DNA of 64,000 nt from Candidatus Hydrogenedentota bacterium (GCA_034669905.1 JAXMOL010000010.1:32001-96000); one strand, 5' to 3'; counted from the stretch's first letter, positions 47,284 to 57,928 are shown. Notes: generated by a model not told the origin, from the sequence alone. Numbers and translations: made by a program.

Positions 47284-48051
47284 TCACGCCCCCCAGAGTT
47301 TCGCCGACGACGCACAGCGTACGTAACGACCCCATTGGTGCTTCCGGGATGGCTCCATCGACACATACCCACCGGCAGCCCGTACCAGGGCCACCCCGGC
47401 CGCCACATCCCACAGCATGATGTCGTCTTCCGCGTACGCGTCTATTCTCCCTGCGGCCACGCTCGCCAACATGAGGGCGGCGCTACCAAGCATGCGCACC
47501 TTCTTAAAACGCCCGAGACGGACCGCGAATTCCTTCAGATGGGCGTCACTGTAATCCCCAAAGGTCGGCAACCCCGTCGCCAGTACGGCCTGGCTCGCGT
47601 CCGTCACGGCCGACACGGCAATGGGCTCCCCGTTGAGCCAGCAGCCCCCCTCGGCCAGCCCCGAAAACGTCTCTCCCCGGAGCGGGTCATGAACTACCCC
47701 GAGAACGGGCTCTCCCGCAACCACCAAGGCAATCGCCGTGCAGAAGAAGGGAATGCCCCGGCTGAAATTCATGGTCCCGTCCAATGGATCGACCACCCAG
47801 ACCGGTTGGGTTCCCGCCACATCGCCCCGGGCGCCGCCCTCCTCTGCCAGAACGGAATAGCCACACGACTCGAGGCGAGACAGGATAAGGCTCTCTGCCT
47901 CCAGATCAGCCGCCATTTTAATATCGCGGCCCGCCGCATCCAATACCACCCGGTCCCCGGTAGAGAGGTTCCGCAGTAATTCACCCGCTTCCCGCGCCGC
48001 ATCCACCGCAATCGCCAACGCTGGGGCCCATTTCGCCGACAACTCACTCAC
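47284..48051 (-). CDS. suhB: Inositol monophosphatase family protein
   Basis: LAEEG, WVVDPLDGTMNF, GSAAL, WDVAAG. Confidence 0.85.
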   Translation of the reverse strand: MSELSAKWAPALAIAVDAAREAGELLRNLSTGDRVVLDAAGRDIKMAADLEAESLILSRLESCGYSVLAEEGGARGDVAGTQPVWVVDPLDGTMNFSRGIPFFCTAIALVVAGEPVLGVVHDPLRGETFSGLAEGGCWLNGEPIAVSAVTDASQAVLATGLPTFGDYSDAHLKEFAVRLGRFKKVRMLGSAALMLASVAAGRIDAYAEDDIMLWDVAAGVALVRAAGGYVSMEPSRKHQWGRYVRCASSAKLWGA

Positions 48052-49250
48052 CCTAAATCAATCTCGTCGCCGTCATCGTCATCGTCATCATCATCCCCAC
48101 CCAGCTCCAGTTCATCCGACGGACTTTCCATCGACATCGGGGCTTCTTCCTCTTCCGTCTCCGGAGCAGCCGCGCCGCCCGCGCTATCCGTCGCGGTGTG
48201 TTCCGGTGCGGCCTCGGCGACTTCCTCCTCTTCCGGGGGGGGCGGTTCCGGCAACGCGGGCAGGTGGGGCAGCACATCCTGAATCTGTTCCAGACTATCC
48301 AGACACAGCGCAGCGCCCGCCTCCGTCGCCTGCGCATGAAGCTCTTTCCCGCCCCCATAGAGAAAGAGGGGCAAGCCCTCCATCTCCTGTGATGCGCTTA
48401 TCAACGGAATAATTTCAATGGCTGAAAGTTCTTTCTGCTCAAAGCTGACCAGAATCCCCACGGTATTGCAGGTCTTGAGCCGATACCCCAAGTCGAGGAT
48501 GCCCGTCGCCATCACCGCCTGATAGGGACTCTCCAATAATCCGTGTTGGGCCGCCTGAATGTCTCCGTCATTTCGGGAAAGGACCAACAGCTGCGGATGA
48601 GGCGCCGCTTCGCCGCGATCCATCGCAATCTTGCGCTTTACAAAAAGCTCAATCCCGCGGTCTTCCTCCTTCTCCTCCTGGAATTGACAGCCATAGGCGA
48701 ATGTGCCCGGGGGCTCTTCCCGCCGATTCCGAATAATGACCGGGCGACGGGAAACGACTCCCCCATCGGGCATCCGAAAGGACAAATGCATGGTATCCGA
48801 AACGGACAGGTTCCGGGTCGCCACCACGCTGCAACCACCGCTGCTGATATCATTGATGAAACAGTCCTCTGACTCTTCCCCCACATGCAGTGTGCAAGGG
48901 ATATGGATGGGCGCCCGTTCATGCTTTCGCACCTGAATACGGGCCACCTTGCTGGGCCAGTGGAGTTGAATCAAGGGATACTCCGATTGTGTGAGCGCTT
49001 CGCCCACGGCGGCCGTAAATCCCCAGACCTCTCCCTCGTGCATAAAGCGCACCACGCATTCGGAACCCCGGCGTACCACCGGGAGGCGCGCGCCACGATT
49101 CAACCCAAACAGGATATATTGCCCCTCTTCCCAGCCTCGTATACGCCCGGGATACCGCGGCGCATTATTCTGTCCCGGCTGCGCGTCGAGAAACACATCC
49201 AGCCCCACCGTAAGGCACTTCTCCAAACCGCTACTCGTTGCCATATCCAT
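48048..49250 (-). CDS. YcgR-like/PilZ c-di-GMP receptor with receiver-like domain and acidic tail
   Basis: QVRKHER (RxxxR) and DISSGG (DxSxxG); C-terminal alpha/beta domain; poly-Asp/Glu tail. Confidence 0.8.
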   Translation of the reverse strand: MDMATSSGLEKCLTVGLDVFLDAQPGQNNAPRYPGRIRGWEEGQYILFGLNRGARLPVVRRGSECVVRFMHEGEVWGFTAAVGEALTQSEYPLIQLHWPSKVARIQVRKHERAPIHIPCTLHVGEESEDCFINDISSGGCSVVATRNLSVSDTMHLSFRMPDGGVVSRRPVIIRNRREEPPGTFAYGCQFQEEKEEDRGIELFVKRKIAMDRGEAAPHPQLLVLSRNDGDIQAAQHGLLESPYQAVMATGILDLGYRLKTCNTVGILVSFEQKELSAIEIIPLISASQEMEGLPLFLYGGGKELHAQATEAGAALCLDSLEQIQDVLPHLPALPEPPPPEEEEVAEAAPEHTATDSAGGAAAPETEEEEAPMSMESPSDELELGGDDDDDDDDGDEIDLG

Positions 49251-49376
49251 CCCTGCAGCGCGTCAGCACGCGCCCTTTCACCATCCTCCATCCCGCCACG
49301 AGCCAACCCGTTCAGCGGGTACTGCAAGGGGCCCATTCGGACCCCTGATAGTATCTATTGGACGGCAGGCCGCCAC

Positions 49377-51479
49377 TCAGGAAGAACGCACGTACCCGCC
49401 AAAGGTGCCCCCGGACTCAGCAAGCTGCTTCAATAAGGGGGCCGGTTCCCAGAGGGCACCATGTTGCTCATGAAACGCACATACCCGTTCGTAGACCTTC
49501 GCCAGTCCCACGGTGTCGGCATACTGCATTGGGCCGCCCCGGAAAGCCGGAAAGCCATAGCCATACACGTAGATCACATCGATATCCGATGCCCGTAACG
49601 CAATCCCTTCCTCCAGGATTCGGGCTCCTTCGTTGATGAGCGCATAGATACAACGCGCCACAATTTCGTCTTCATCGATCGTACGCTGTGGTATATTATG
49701 GCGTTTCCCTTCAGAAATACAAAGGGCCTCCACTTCCGGATCGGGCGTGGCCGCACGGGTTTCCGGGTCATAGATATAAAAGCCCCGCCCCGTCTTCTGA
49801 CCATAGTGCCCTTGCTCGCAAATCTTATCCGCAATGGCACAATAGCGTTCATCGGCGGGGCGCGACGCGGCCTGCCGCTGACGAATGCGCCAGCCCACAT
49901 CCAGGCCCGCCAAATCACTCATGGCATGCGGCCCCATGGCCATGCCGAATTGGTATATGGCCGTATCCACCTGAACCGGCGTCGCACCTTCTTCCAGCAG
50001 AAACATGGATTCCCGCACATAGGGATGCACCATGCGGTTGCCCACGAAGCCATCACAGACGCCCACCAGCACGCCCACCTTACGAATCGTCTTACTCAGC
50101 GCCATCGAGGTTGCGATGACGTCCTTCGCCGTCTTGGCTCCCCGGACGATTTCCAACAGCTTCATGATGTTGGCCGGACTGAAGAAGTGGAGGCCAATCA
50201 CCTGCTCCGGGCGGGACGTGCTGGCAGCGATTTCGTCGACATCCAGGGTAGACGTGTTCGTGGCGAGAATCGCGTCGGCCTTGCATACCCGATCCAACTC
50301 CTTGAAGACAGCCTTCTTGATATCCATCTCTTCAAAAACCGCCTCGATCACCATGTCGACATCGGCCAGATCGTCGTAATTCAGCGTTGGCTGAATGAGT
50401 GCCAGGGTCGCATCCATTTTTTCTTGCGACATCCGGCCCTTCTTCACCCCACTCGCATAGTTTTTCGTAATGATCGCCATGCCACGATCCAGCCCCTCCT
50501 GGGTCGCATCCATGAGACGCACGCCGATGCCGGCGCTGGCGAAGTTCATGGCGATTCCCCCACCCATCGTGCCCGCACCAATTACGGCAGCCTGTTTAAT
50601 GGCACGTACGGGCGTGTCTTTGGGCACATCAGGAATCTTGCTGGCCGTACGCTCGGCGAAGAAAATATGGCGCTGCGCCTTGGATTGATCGGAGGCCAGC
50701 AGGGTCTCAAAAATCTCGCGTTCACGGGCCAGCCCCGTATCGATATCCGTCTGGGTTGCAATTTCCACACAATCGATGGCGCGCTGCGGAGAATTGAATC
50801 CCCGCCGCTTTTTCGCATAGGTCTTGCGCGCGGTCTCGAAGAGTGCGGCGTCAACTCCCTGTATCTTTTCCGACATATCCCGAATACGACGGGGCCCCTG
50901 CCCGCCCGCAACAAGGCCCTCGGCATAGGCTACGGCCCCCTCCAGCAGATCCCCGTCGATTATCTCATCCACCAGGCCCAACTTAAGGGCCTCCGCGGCC
51001 CCCACCGGGACGCCCGAAGCGATAATCTCTACCGCGGCCTCCGGCCCGATGAGTCGGGGCAATCGCTGGGTACCACCAGCACCTGGAACGATTCCCAAAT
51101 GCACTTCGGGCAATCCGCACCGGGCCTGGGCCACGGCGACACGATAGTGACAGCCCAACGCGGTCTCTAAGCCCCCACCCAGCGCCGTTCCGTGAATCGC
51201 CGCCACGACGGGTTTCGGGCTGGCTTCGATGGCATCGATGACTTCGTCCAGCCACGGAGCCGCAGGCGGCTTGTCAAACTCGGTAATGTCGGCCCCGGCG
51301 ATAAAGGTACGCCCCGCGCAAATCAGGACCAACGACGTTACCGTATCGTCCGACACGCCAACCTGAATCGCATCCAGGATGCCTTTTCGCACAGCGACAG
51401 AAAGGGCATTGACCGGGGGGGAATCAATGGTAATTACGCCCACGGTACCCCGCGTGTTATAGGTGACCACATTACTCAA
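49377..51479 (-). CDS. Enoyl-CoA hydratase / 3-hydroxyacyl-CoA dehydrogenase fusion
   Basis: FIAGADI, ALGGGLE, GLPEV..PGAGGTQRLPR; IGAGTMGGGI, TNTSTL, HFFSPA. TTG start at 51479 follows RBS GGAGAG. Confidence 0.92.
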   Translation of the reverse strand: MSNVVTYNTRGTVGVITIDSPPVNALSVAVRKGILDAIQVGVSDDTVTSLVLICAGRTFIAGADITEFDKPPAAPWLDEVIDAIEASPKPVVAAIHGTALGGGLETALGCHYRVAVAQARCGLPEVHLGIVPGAGGTQRLPRLIGPEAAVEIIASGVPVGAAEALKLGLVDEIIDGDLLEGAVAYAEGLVAGGQGPRRIRDMSEKIQGVDAALFETARKTYAKKRRGFNSPQRAIDCVEIATQTDIDTGLAREREIFETLLASDQSKAQRHIFFAERTASKIPDVPKDTPVRAIKQAAVIGAGTMGGGIAMNFASAGIGVRLMDATQEGLDRGMAIITKNYASGVKKGRMSQEKMDATLALIQPTLNYDDLADVDMVIEAVFEEMDIKKAVFKELDRVCKADAILATNTSTLDVDEIAASTSRPEQVIGLHFFSPANIMKLLEIVRGAKTAKDVIATSMALSKTIRKVGVLVGVCDGFVGNRMVHPYVRESMFLLEEGATPVQVDTAIYQFGMAMGPHAMSDLAGLDVGWRIRQRQAASRPADERYCAIADKICEQGHYGQKTGRGFYIYDPETRAATPDPEVEALCISEGKRHNIPQRTIDEDEIVARCIYALINEGARILEEGIALRASDIDVIYVYGYGFPAFRGGPMQYADTVGLAKVYERVCAFHEQHGALWEPAPLLKQLAESGGTFGGYVRSS

Positions 51480-51735
51480 GACTATCTCTCCTTGTTGCTC
51501 CACTCAAACAGAACCGCATATTCCGCCAGACCCTGGGGAAAAAATACGGCACCATCACGTGTGGGTTAGCATACACCACGACTAATTTTTTCGCCAACTG
51601 CCGGTTGTTCCGTCAATAATAGGTCTGTTACGATAACGCGGAAGAGCGATGGGGATCGCTGTCTCGTGTAGTTGGGAGTACATCAAGACAGACGCCTGCG
51701 CCCGGTAGCGCAACAGGCGCCGGAAAGGAATCGCG

Positions 51736-53715
51736 TTGATACGACTCATTGAATTCGTCGCATCCGCCAAGTTCCCATCCGGATTTCTTTTCACCCTCCA
51801 AGACATGGCCTTGTGCCAACTCTGGCTGGAAGACCAGCGTCGCCGCTCCGTCGACGCCCCGGAGCTCCCCCGGGTGGCACAGTGTATCGAAGACTGGCTT
51901 CAAGGCACTACCCGTCCCGATATTAACACCGCCGGACGACGCCATCAGCACCTGCTCCGTGAATTGCTGGACACCCTGGAAGGCGGCCACGAAGCCGATT
52001 TGCTCCCCGCAGAAGTCGCCCTCCTCCGTACGGCCGATGCCCTGTGCAGCCGCATGGAGAAGCCGGAGCAGCTCGTACGATTCACAAGCCGTCTCGAAAA
52101 ACACCGTGGCCGACTCAGCGAAGTGGCCGAACGCCACGGTGACAAGACGCGTATCCACGAGCTTGAAACCCGCATCTGCTTTGCCACCCCCAACGACATT
52201 CAGCAGGCACCCGTTGAAGCGATTCGCCTCCTGGCCGGCATCGAACTCCCCTGTCGCGGACCGGTTTTCCGGGCGGACGCAAACCTCCGTATTCTTGGTG
52301 ATGTCCCCGAAGACTGTACCGTCGTCGTGGGGAACAACGGCCATTGCTCCGTCGATGGCTATGTCATGGGGCGCATCCTCACCAAAGGGTTTTGCGAAAT
52401 ACGTCACAACATCTCCGGGGTCGCGATTACCCTGGACGGTTTCATCCGTGCCCGCAGTATCATTAACAACGCCCTGGTTATTTCGAAGATGGGAAGCATC
52501 GTCTGCACCAGCGCACAGGGCCCCAAACTCGTGTTTGCGGGGCACTCCCTCGAGGTGATGGATAGCACCATGCTTGGCAGATTTGTCACCCGCACCATGA
52601 CCGTAGCCGGCGAAATGCGCGGTAGCCATCTGGAAGTATCGGGGTGCGCAACGGCCACCCGCTTTCGCTCCCTGGGCACCAGCGCCATGAACATCGTCCT
52701 GCGGCGGGAGCTTTCCTGTGAGGACTTCGGGGAAGTAACCGGTGACGATCTCAAGCGCCTCCTCTCGGCCGCCTACGCCCTGCGCCGCAATGCCCACAAC
52801 TTCAAGAATCTGGCGGTAGCCGCACAGCGGGAAGGGGAACATACCGCCCAGTCTATCCTCATGTATATCTTCGGCGGCGGCGAAGTTCAGAAACGGCTCC
52901 AGGGTTTTCTCCAGGCCCAACGCCGCCACACCCTGATCGGTAACGTGGTCGACAACCTGAAGCGCATTCTCGAAGAGGCGCAAGATGGGCTGGTGGACGA
53001 TACGCCCGCGGCACCCGGTGCCTTGCCCACCCTCGATCTGGATGAGGAGGAGGCACCCGATGAAACCATCGTCGATGCCCGCGCAGAAACGAAGCAACTG
53101 GAGGCCTCGATTCGAGCCGGCGATCTCAACCGAACCCAGCGCACCCTCCTCATGGAAGAGGCACGAACGAAGCTGTCGGCCATGATGACACTTCAGACCG
53201 AGGCCGAGGAAAAGATGCGGGAAGAGGAACGGGGCATTCAGCAGCTCGAAAAATATGAACAGGTCCTTGCCGGAGGGGGCGAAGGCGCCACGAAACTGGA
53301 TGTCTTGAATCGCATTATCCCCGCCATGAAAAAACAGCCCGCAGACAGTGTCATGGGGCGACGTCTCCGTTCCGGCTTTGTCATCCGTGCCCTCCGAAAC
53401 GTAGACCGCTCTGTGCGCCATGGAAAGGAATTTGGCGACAGCGCCGCCAAGTACCTGACGGACTTTCGCGCGGTTTCCGAGCGGCTGGGAAAAGACTATC
53501 AGATCCAGGTGCTCGAAAATCCGGAAAGCGAGGAGGAATGTGCTTCCGTAACCGGTATCTTTGAAGCCGATACGCGCATCTATATGGACGTCTTCATCCC
53601 GAACATTGCAGATGCCTCACCGGAAACCCTGATCACCACCCCGGAGGACAACGGGGTGCGTACCTATCGACGCCCCCAGACCGGCGGCGGATTCCATCGG
53701 GCACACGCGGACTGA
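51736..53715 (+). CDS. Hypothetical protein with central beta-solenoid-like segment and coiled coil (FapA/DUF342-like)
   Basis: RBS GAAAGGA; run of short V/I/G-rich strands, then long helical region, then VTGIFEADTRIYM. Confidence 0.6.
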   Translation: MIRLIEFVASAKFPSGFLFTLQDMALCQLWLEDQRRRSVDAPELPRVAQCIEDWLQGTTRPDINTAGRRHQHLLRELLDTLEGGHEADLLPAEVALLRTADALCSRMEKPEQLVRFTSRLEKHRGRLSEVAERHGDKTRIHELETRICFATPNDIQQAPVEAIRLLAGIELPCRGPVFRADANLRILGDVPEDCTVVVGNNGHCSVDGYVMGRILTKGFCEIRHNISGVAITLDGFIRARSIINNALVISKMGSIVCTSAQGPKLVFAGHSLEVMDSTMLGRFVTRTMTVAGEMRGSHLEVSGCATATRFRSLGTSAMNIVLRRELSCEDFGEVTGDDLKRLLSAAYALRRNAHNFKNLAVAAQREGEHTAQSILMYIFGGGEVQKRLQGFLQAQRRHTLIGNVVDNLKRILEEAQDGLVDDTPAAPGALPTLDLDEEEAPDETIVDARAETKQLEASIRAGDLNRTQRTLLMEEARTKLSAMMTLQTEAEEKMREEERGIQQLEKYEQVLAGGGEGATKLDVLNRIIPAMKKQPADSVMGRRLRSGFVIRALRNVDRSVRHGKEFGDSAAKYLTDFRAVSERLGKDYQIQVLENPESEEECASVTGIFEADTRIYMDVFIPNIADASPETLITTPEDNGVRTYRRPQTGGGFHRAHAD

Positions 53716-56034
53716 TCAGCCGAGCTTGCAAACCCGCACGCCCATAAAGTCGGCCTTTGTATCGGGCTGGGCATACCAACCCCGATAGGCACTGCGACAT
53801 TCGGGCGTAATAATGCACCAACTCCCCCCCCGGGTCATCCGCTCCGCCACCGTCTCATCCAGCCATGCTTGCCCCTGATCCGGGGCGCCGACGTAGTCAT
53901 TGTGCCGGTGGTCTTCACACCATTCGCAGACGTTTCCATGCATGTCATGGAGCCCCCATGCGTTGGGTTTCTTTTCACCCACCGGGTGGGTTCGCCCTTC
54001 CGCGAATTCCTGGCTCCACGCATACGAATCCAACTGGGACTCATCATTGCCGAAACACCAATCGCCGGTACTACCCGCACGGCACGCGTATTCCCATTCC
54101 GCCTCCGAAGGCAGACGAAACATGCCTTCTCCCAGGGCGGTCAATCGCTTCACCAGCGCCTGGCAATCTTCCCAGCTGACGTTCTCCACGGGTAGATTGG
54201 GATCCCCCTGAAAACCCGATGGATTGTTCCCCATGAATTTTTCCCACTGCCACTGGGTAATCGGATACTTGCCCATCCAGAATCCATGCCGAATGGCCAC
54301 CTCGTGCCGGGGCTCTTCCTCCACCGCCCCATCGTCACTGCCCATGTAAAAGTGGCCCGGTGGCACCCAGACCAATTCAATACCCGCCACCTCGATGGGA
54401 TCCCGGGCCTCCTGCTCACTGTTGATACGCTTGCGTTCCTGCGCCTTCGGGATCGCTTCCGTATAGTGGGCGACGGCCCGCTCATAGCAATCGCGCGCAC
54501 CATCAAAGTCTGGAATAAGTGCCCGACCTTCCTCGGTGAGCTCCTTGACCCGTCGGGTCTCCATTTCCATGAACGGAAGCAGGCCCTCGGCATCCAATCG
54601 CTGCTGAATCGTCTCCAATTTGTTGCGCACCGCCACCAACACCGACTCGCCGTGGGTCATGGCCACCTTCAGGGCTTCCACGTAGAGCAGGGTGGCCCGT
54701 TGATAAGACTGCGTCGCCTTGATGACCCCGGAGGTTCCCCGGGCCACTTGCTCTTCCGCAGCCGCACGGGCAAACAACTCTGGCGCCAGCTCCTGAGCCC
54801 GGGCGGTCTCTGTCCGTTTGCGAACTTCCTCCATCTTACTGCGGGCATGTCGCAGGGCCAGCATTTTTTCCATGATCACTTTGGCCCGTTCAATGGCCTG
54901 ACCAAGCTTCTCCGCCGACGCCTCAAAAGATTGTTTCGCGCCGCCGTATTGCTTGAGCTGCTCGTAGGCCTCGCCATTGCGAAACAGCTCCACACCTTCC
55001 GTCAGTTGGGAATGGGCGAGCTTGTCGCACCCATTGTGCTTTGCATCTTCGGCCAGTTGAAACGCCTTCAACTTGACCAGGCGCATCTCATCACGCGTTA
55101 CGTCGTCTTCAACGACGGCGGACTTTGACACGACCACCTGGGGCGCGAGACAGGCCTCCAAGGCACCCACCATTTCGGCCGCGGACTGAAAGCGCTCTTC
55201 CGGGCGCGCCGCCAGGGATTTCTCCACCAGGGCCGCCACCGCCTCGGGCAATTCCCGGCGCTGGCGAATAGGGGTGTAGTTTCGATTCTTGATTGCTGCC
55301 ATCACCGATGCCGCATCCTGCCCCATGAAGGGCAAGCTACCCGTCAGCAATTCGTAAAGTGTCACGCCCAGCGAAAACACATCGGAGCGGGCATCACCGC
55401 CGGCCCCGTTGATGACTTCGGGCGCCATATAGCCGGGCGTGCCCCCAGGCGCGTCGTTGCTGTTTTCGGCCGTTGGATCGAAAAGGCGGGCTACCCCGAA
55501 GTCGGCCAGTTTGGCACTGCCGCCCTCGATCTCAAGCAGGATGTTGGCGGGCTTGATATCCCGGTGAATGATGTGGTGCTTGTGCGCATAGACCAGCCCC
55601 TCGGCGCTCTCTTTGGCAATACGCAACGCCATGGGTACGGGCAATCCCTTGGGGTGTACCCGCAGCAGCATTCCGGCGTGGGAGCCCACGAACTCCAGGA
55701 CAAAGTACTTTCGGCCCTGGTATTCGCTGAACTCGAAGATGGTGACGATGGCGGGATGCTTGCCCAGCGCTGCGACGGCTTTGGCCTCCTGAAGAAACAT
55801 GGCCTCGTGAGAAGAATCCAGGAACTGGTGCAAGAACTTGATTGCCACATAGCGACCCAGCGTGACGTCCCGGGCCTTATAAACCGCACCGTAAGCCCCC
55901 TTGCCGAGGACAAAGCTGACCTCGTAGTTTCCGAGGCGCGTGCCGAGTAAGGGATCGACCAAGGGGTCGGGACGTGCTTCCGGTGGGGGCGTGACGTCGT
56001 CTAATAGACTGTGACGAACGTTCGAATCCACCAT
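53716..56034 (-). CDS. Ser/Thr protein kinase fused to FGE-sulfatase (SUMF1-like) domain
   Basis: GKGAYG, AIK, HRDIKPAN, DFG, GTPGYMAPE; C-terminal RLPSEAEWEYACR, NAWGLHDMHGNVCEW, RGGSW. Confidence 0.92.
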   Translation of the reverse strand: MVDSNVRHSLLDDVTPPPEARPDPLVDPLLGTRLGNYEVSFVLGKGAYGAVYKARDVTLGRYVAIKFLHQFLDSSHEAMFLQEAKAVAALGKHPAIVTIFEFSEYQGRKYFVLEFVGSHAGMLLRVHPKGLPVPMALRIAKESAEGLVYAHKHHIIHRDIKPANILLEIEGGSAKLADFGVARLFDPTAENSNDAPGGTPGYMAPEVINGAGGDARSDVFSLGVTLYELLTGSLPFMGQDAASVMAAIKNRNYTPIRQRRELPEAVAALVEKSLAARPEERFQSAAEMVGALEACLAPQVVVSKSAVVEDDVTRDEMRLVKLKAFQLAEDAKHNGCDKLAHSQLTEGVELFRNGEAYEQLKQYGGAKQSFEASAEKLGQAIERAKVIMEKMLALRHARSKMEEVRKRTETARAQELAPELFARAAAEEQVARGTSGVIKATQSYQRATLLYVEALKVAMTHGESVLVAVRNKLETIQQRLDAEGLLPFMEMETRRVKELTEEGRALIPDFDGARDCYERAVAHYTEAIPKAQERKRINSEQEARDPIEVAGIELVWVPPGHFYMGSDDGAVEEEPRHEVAIRHGFWMGKYPITQWQWEKFMGNNPSGFQGDPNLPVENVSWEDCQALVKRLTALGEGMFRLPSEAEWEYACRAGSTGDWCFGNDESQLDSYAWSQEFAEGRTHPVGEKKPNAWGLHDMHGNVCEWCEDHRHNDYVGAPDQGQAWLDETVAERMTRGGSWCIITPECRSAYRGWYAQPDTKADFMGVRVCKLG

Positions 56035-56221
56035 TCTTCCACCCTATACCCTGTTTCACGCCCAAAAACCACCACACCACCGGCAGCACGACCTGCCGGA
56101 ATCCCATGATAGCGCAGAATTCAAGGTAAAGACCACTGTTTAGACCCGCACCGCATGGCATCGGCCCGATTCCTTTACGTATACTCGACCAACCCCGATT
56201 GATCGTAGAGGAGAAGCCACA

Positions 56222-57883
56222 ATGGCCCCGCGGACACCTGTAAATCACCCCCGGCAGAGACAATCGCACTGCAGCCCATGGTGCTTCCTGATACGCGTCT
56301 TGCTGGTCATGCTCGTCTCAGGCACTGCGATCGCCACGGTGCCCGTGACGCCCCAGGACTTCGGCGCCGTCGCCGACGGCGAAACCGATGATACGGCCGC
56401 CATTCAGGCCGCAGTCGACCATGCCGTGGCCGGAACGGGGCGTGTACTTCACTTCCCACCCGGGACCTATCGGGTGAAATCGGTGGATATTCAAGCGGGC
56501 CTTACCCTCATGGGCTACGGAGCCACCATTAAAAAGATGCCGGCAGAACCCAAATTCAGCCGCACCTTCACGACGGAAAATCGAAAGCATCTCGGGGCGC
56601 ACGATTCGGAACCCCTCATTATCAAAGGCTTCACCTTCGACGGCAGCCGCACGGAGCAAGGCACCTACGAAGACTACTGCCTGGAACAACAACACATGAT
56701 TTTCCTGCAAGGCGACCCGGCCGGTCCCGGGCGTCTGACGGCGGTCATTGAAGACTGCACCTTTCGCGATGGCGTTGCCGATGCCATCTCGGTATACACC
56801 AACGTGGCGGCGAGCATCAGCAACGGTCGGGCGACCGATGTCTTTCGGGGCGGCGTCGTCGTCACCGGTGGACATTCCGAAGTTCACCTCAGCAATTTCA
56901 CGGCCCAGGGGGCGGTTCATCCCACCGGAATCGACGTGGAAGTGGACGGCGCTGGGTACAACGGCTCATTTGAAACCCATATTACGGCCACCAATCTGCG
57001 GCTCGATGGAGATTTCGATGTGGGCATTCATGATGGAAGCACCTTCCATGGCAGCAATATCCACAGTATGGCCGGCCCCTTCAATCTTTACGCACGGGAT
57101 GCGACCATCCGCATCATGAACTCCACGTTTGGCGTCGGGCCCTTTAGCGATTCCAGCAACCGTATCGTCCACCCCCACGACGTATCCTTTTCCCACTGCA
57201 CCTTTATCGCACACCCATCCGGAAGCACGACGCCGGTAGAGCGGATCGCCACCGCCCATGTCTATTGGAATATTTCAGGCACCGACGAACGGGACCAGCG
57301 ACTTCGGTTCATCGACTGTGACTTTCTGTTGCACGATACACTGACGCCGGAATCGACACGCTACGCGATTTACGTGGAGGCCGACCAGCAGTCTCGGAAT
57401 AACCAGCTCCTTCTTCAAGGCGGCCGAATCGCTCCGGGTTACAATTATGGGGTCTACGTGAACCAGGGCGGCAACGCCACACTGCGCGATGTGGTTCTCG
57501 ATGCCCATACCGGCGCGCACCTCGGCGCTACCGCCGACTATCCCCTCCATATCGTGCTGGATGGCGCCCGCTACGGTGAAAATACCACCACGACCACCCA
57601 TATCAATGCGGCAATACCTGCTTCCCGTATTGAACATCAGAATATCCACTTGCCCGCCCGCCAGAATCGAATCGGAACGACCTATGGATTGGTGGGCAAT
57701 ACCTATGTTGGGAGTCGCACCCTCACCGGGCAGACGCCGCCCCACGACACCCCGGGCCTCCAGGGCGACACCTACCAACTCGAATCGGCGCGACCGGGCC
57801 AGCCCTATCGATGGATCTGTGTCGAATCCCACCCCAACGCGGCAACCTGGGCCCCGGTGGAGCAGCTTCGCTCCGCGAAATAG
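56222..57883 (+). CDS. Secreted right-handed beta-helix protein (pectin-lyase fold)
   Basis: Hydrophobic signal; DFGAVADGETDDTAAIQAA..LHFPPGTY; GIDVE. Exact start uncertain. Confidence 0.8.
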   Translation: MAPRTPVNHPRQRQSHCSPWCFLIRVLLVMLVSGTAIATVPVTPQDFGAVADGETDDTAAIQAAVDHAVAGTGRVLHFPPGTYRVKSVDIQAGLTLMGYGATIKKMPAEPKFSRTFTTENRKHLGAHDSEPLIIKGFTFDGSRTEQGTYEDYCLEQQHMIFLQGDPAGPGRLTAVIEDCTFRDGVADAISVYTNVAASISNGRATDVFRGGVVVTGGHSEVHLSNFTAQGAVHPTGIDVEVDGAGYNGSFETHITATNLRLDGDFDVGIHDGSTFHGSNIHSMAGPFNLYARDATIRIMNSTFGVGPFSDSSNRIVHPHDVSFSHCTFIAHPSGSTTPVERIATAHVYWNISGTDERDQRLRFIDCDFLLHDTLTPESTRYAIYVEADQQSRNNQLLLQGGRIAPGYNYGVYVNQGGNATLRDVVLDAHTGAHLGATADYPLHIVLDGARYGENTTTTTHINAAIPASRIEHQNIHLPARQNRIGTTYGLVGNTYVGSRTLTGQTPPHDTPGLQGDTYQLESARPGQPYRWICVESHPNAATWAPVEQLRSAK

Positions 57884-57919
57884 GCCACAACGCGGACGTG
57901 GCGTATGATTCGGTCAAAC

Positions 57920-57928
57920 TGCTATAAT
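57920..57928 (+). promoter_or_regulatory. Extended -10 promoter upstream of serC
   Basis: TGcTATAAT about 120 bp before the GTG start. Confidence 0.55.

Noticed and set aside
53716..53900. Diversity-generating retroelement target in the FGE domain
   Set aside because: No template repeat or reverse transcriptase seen in the window.
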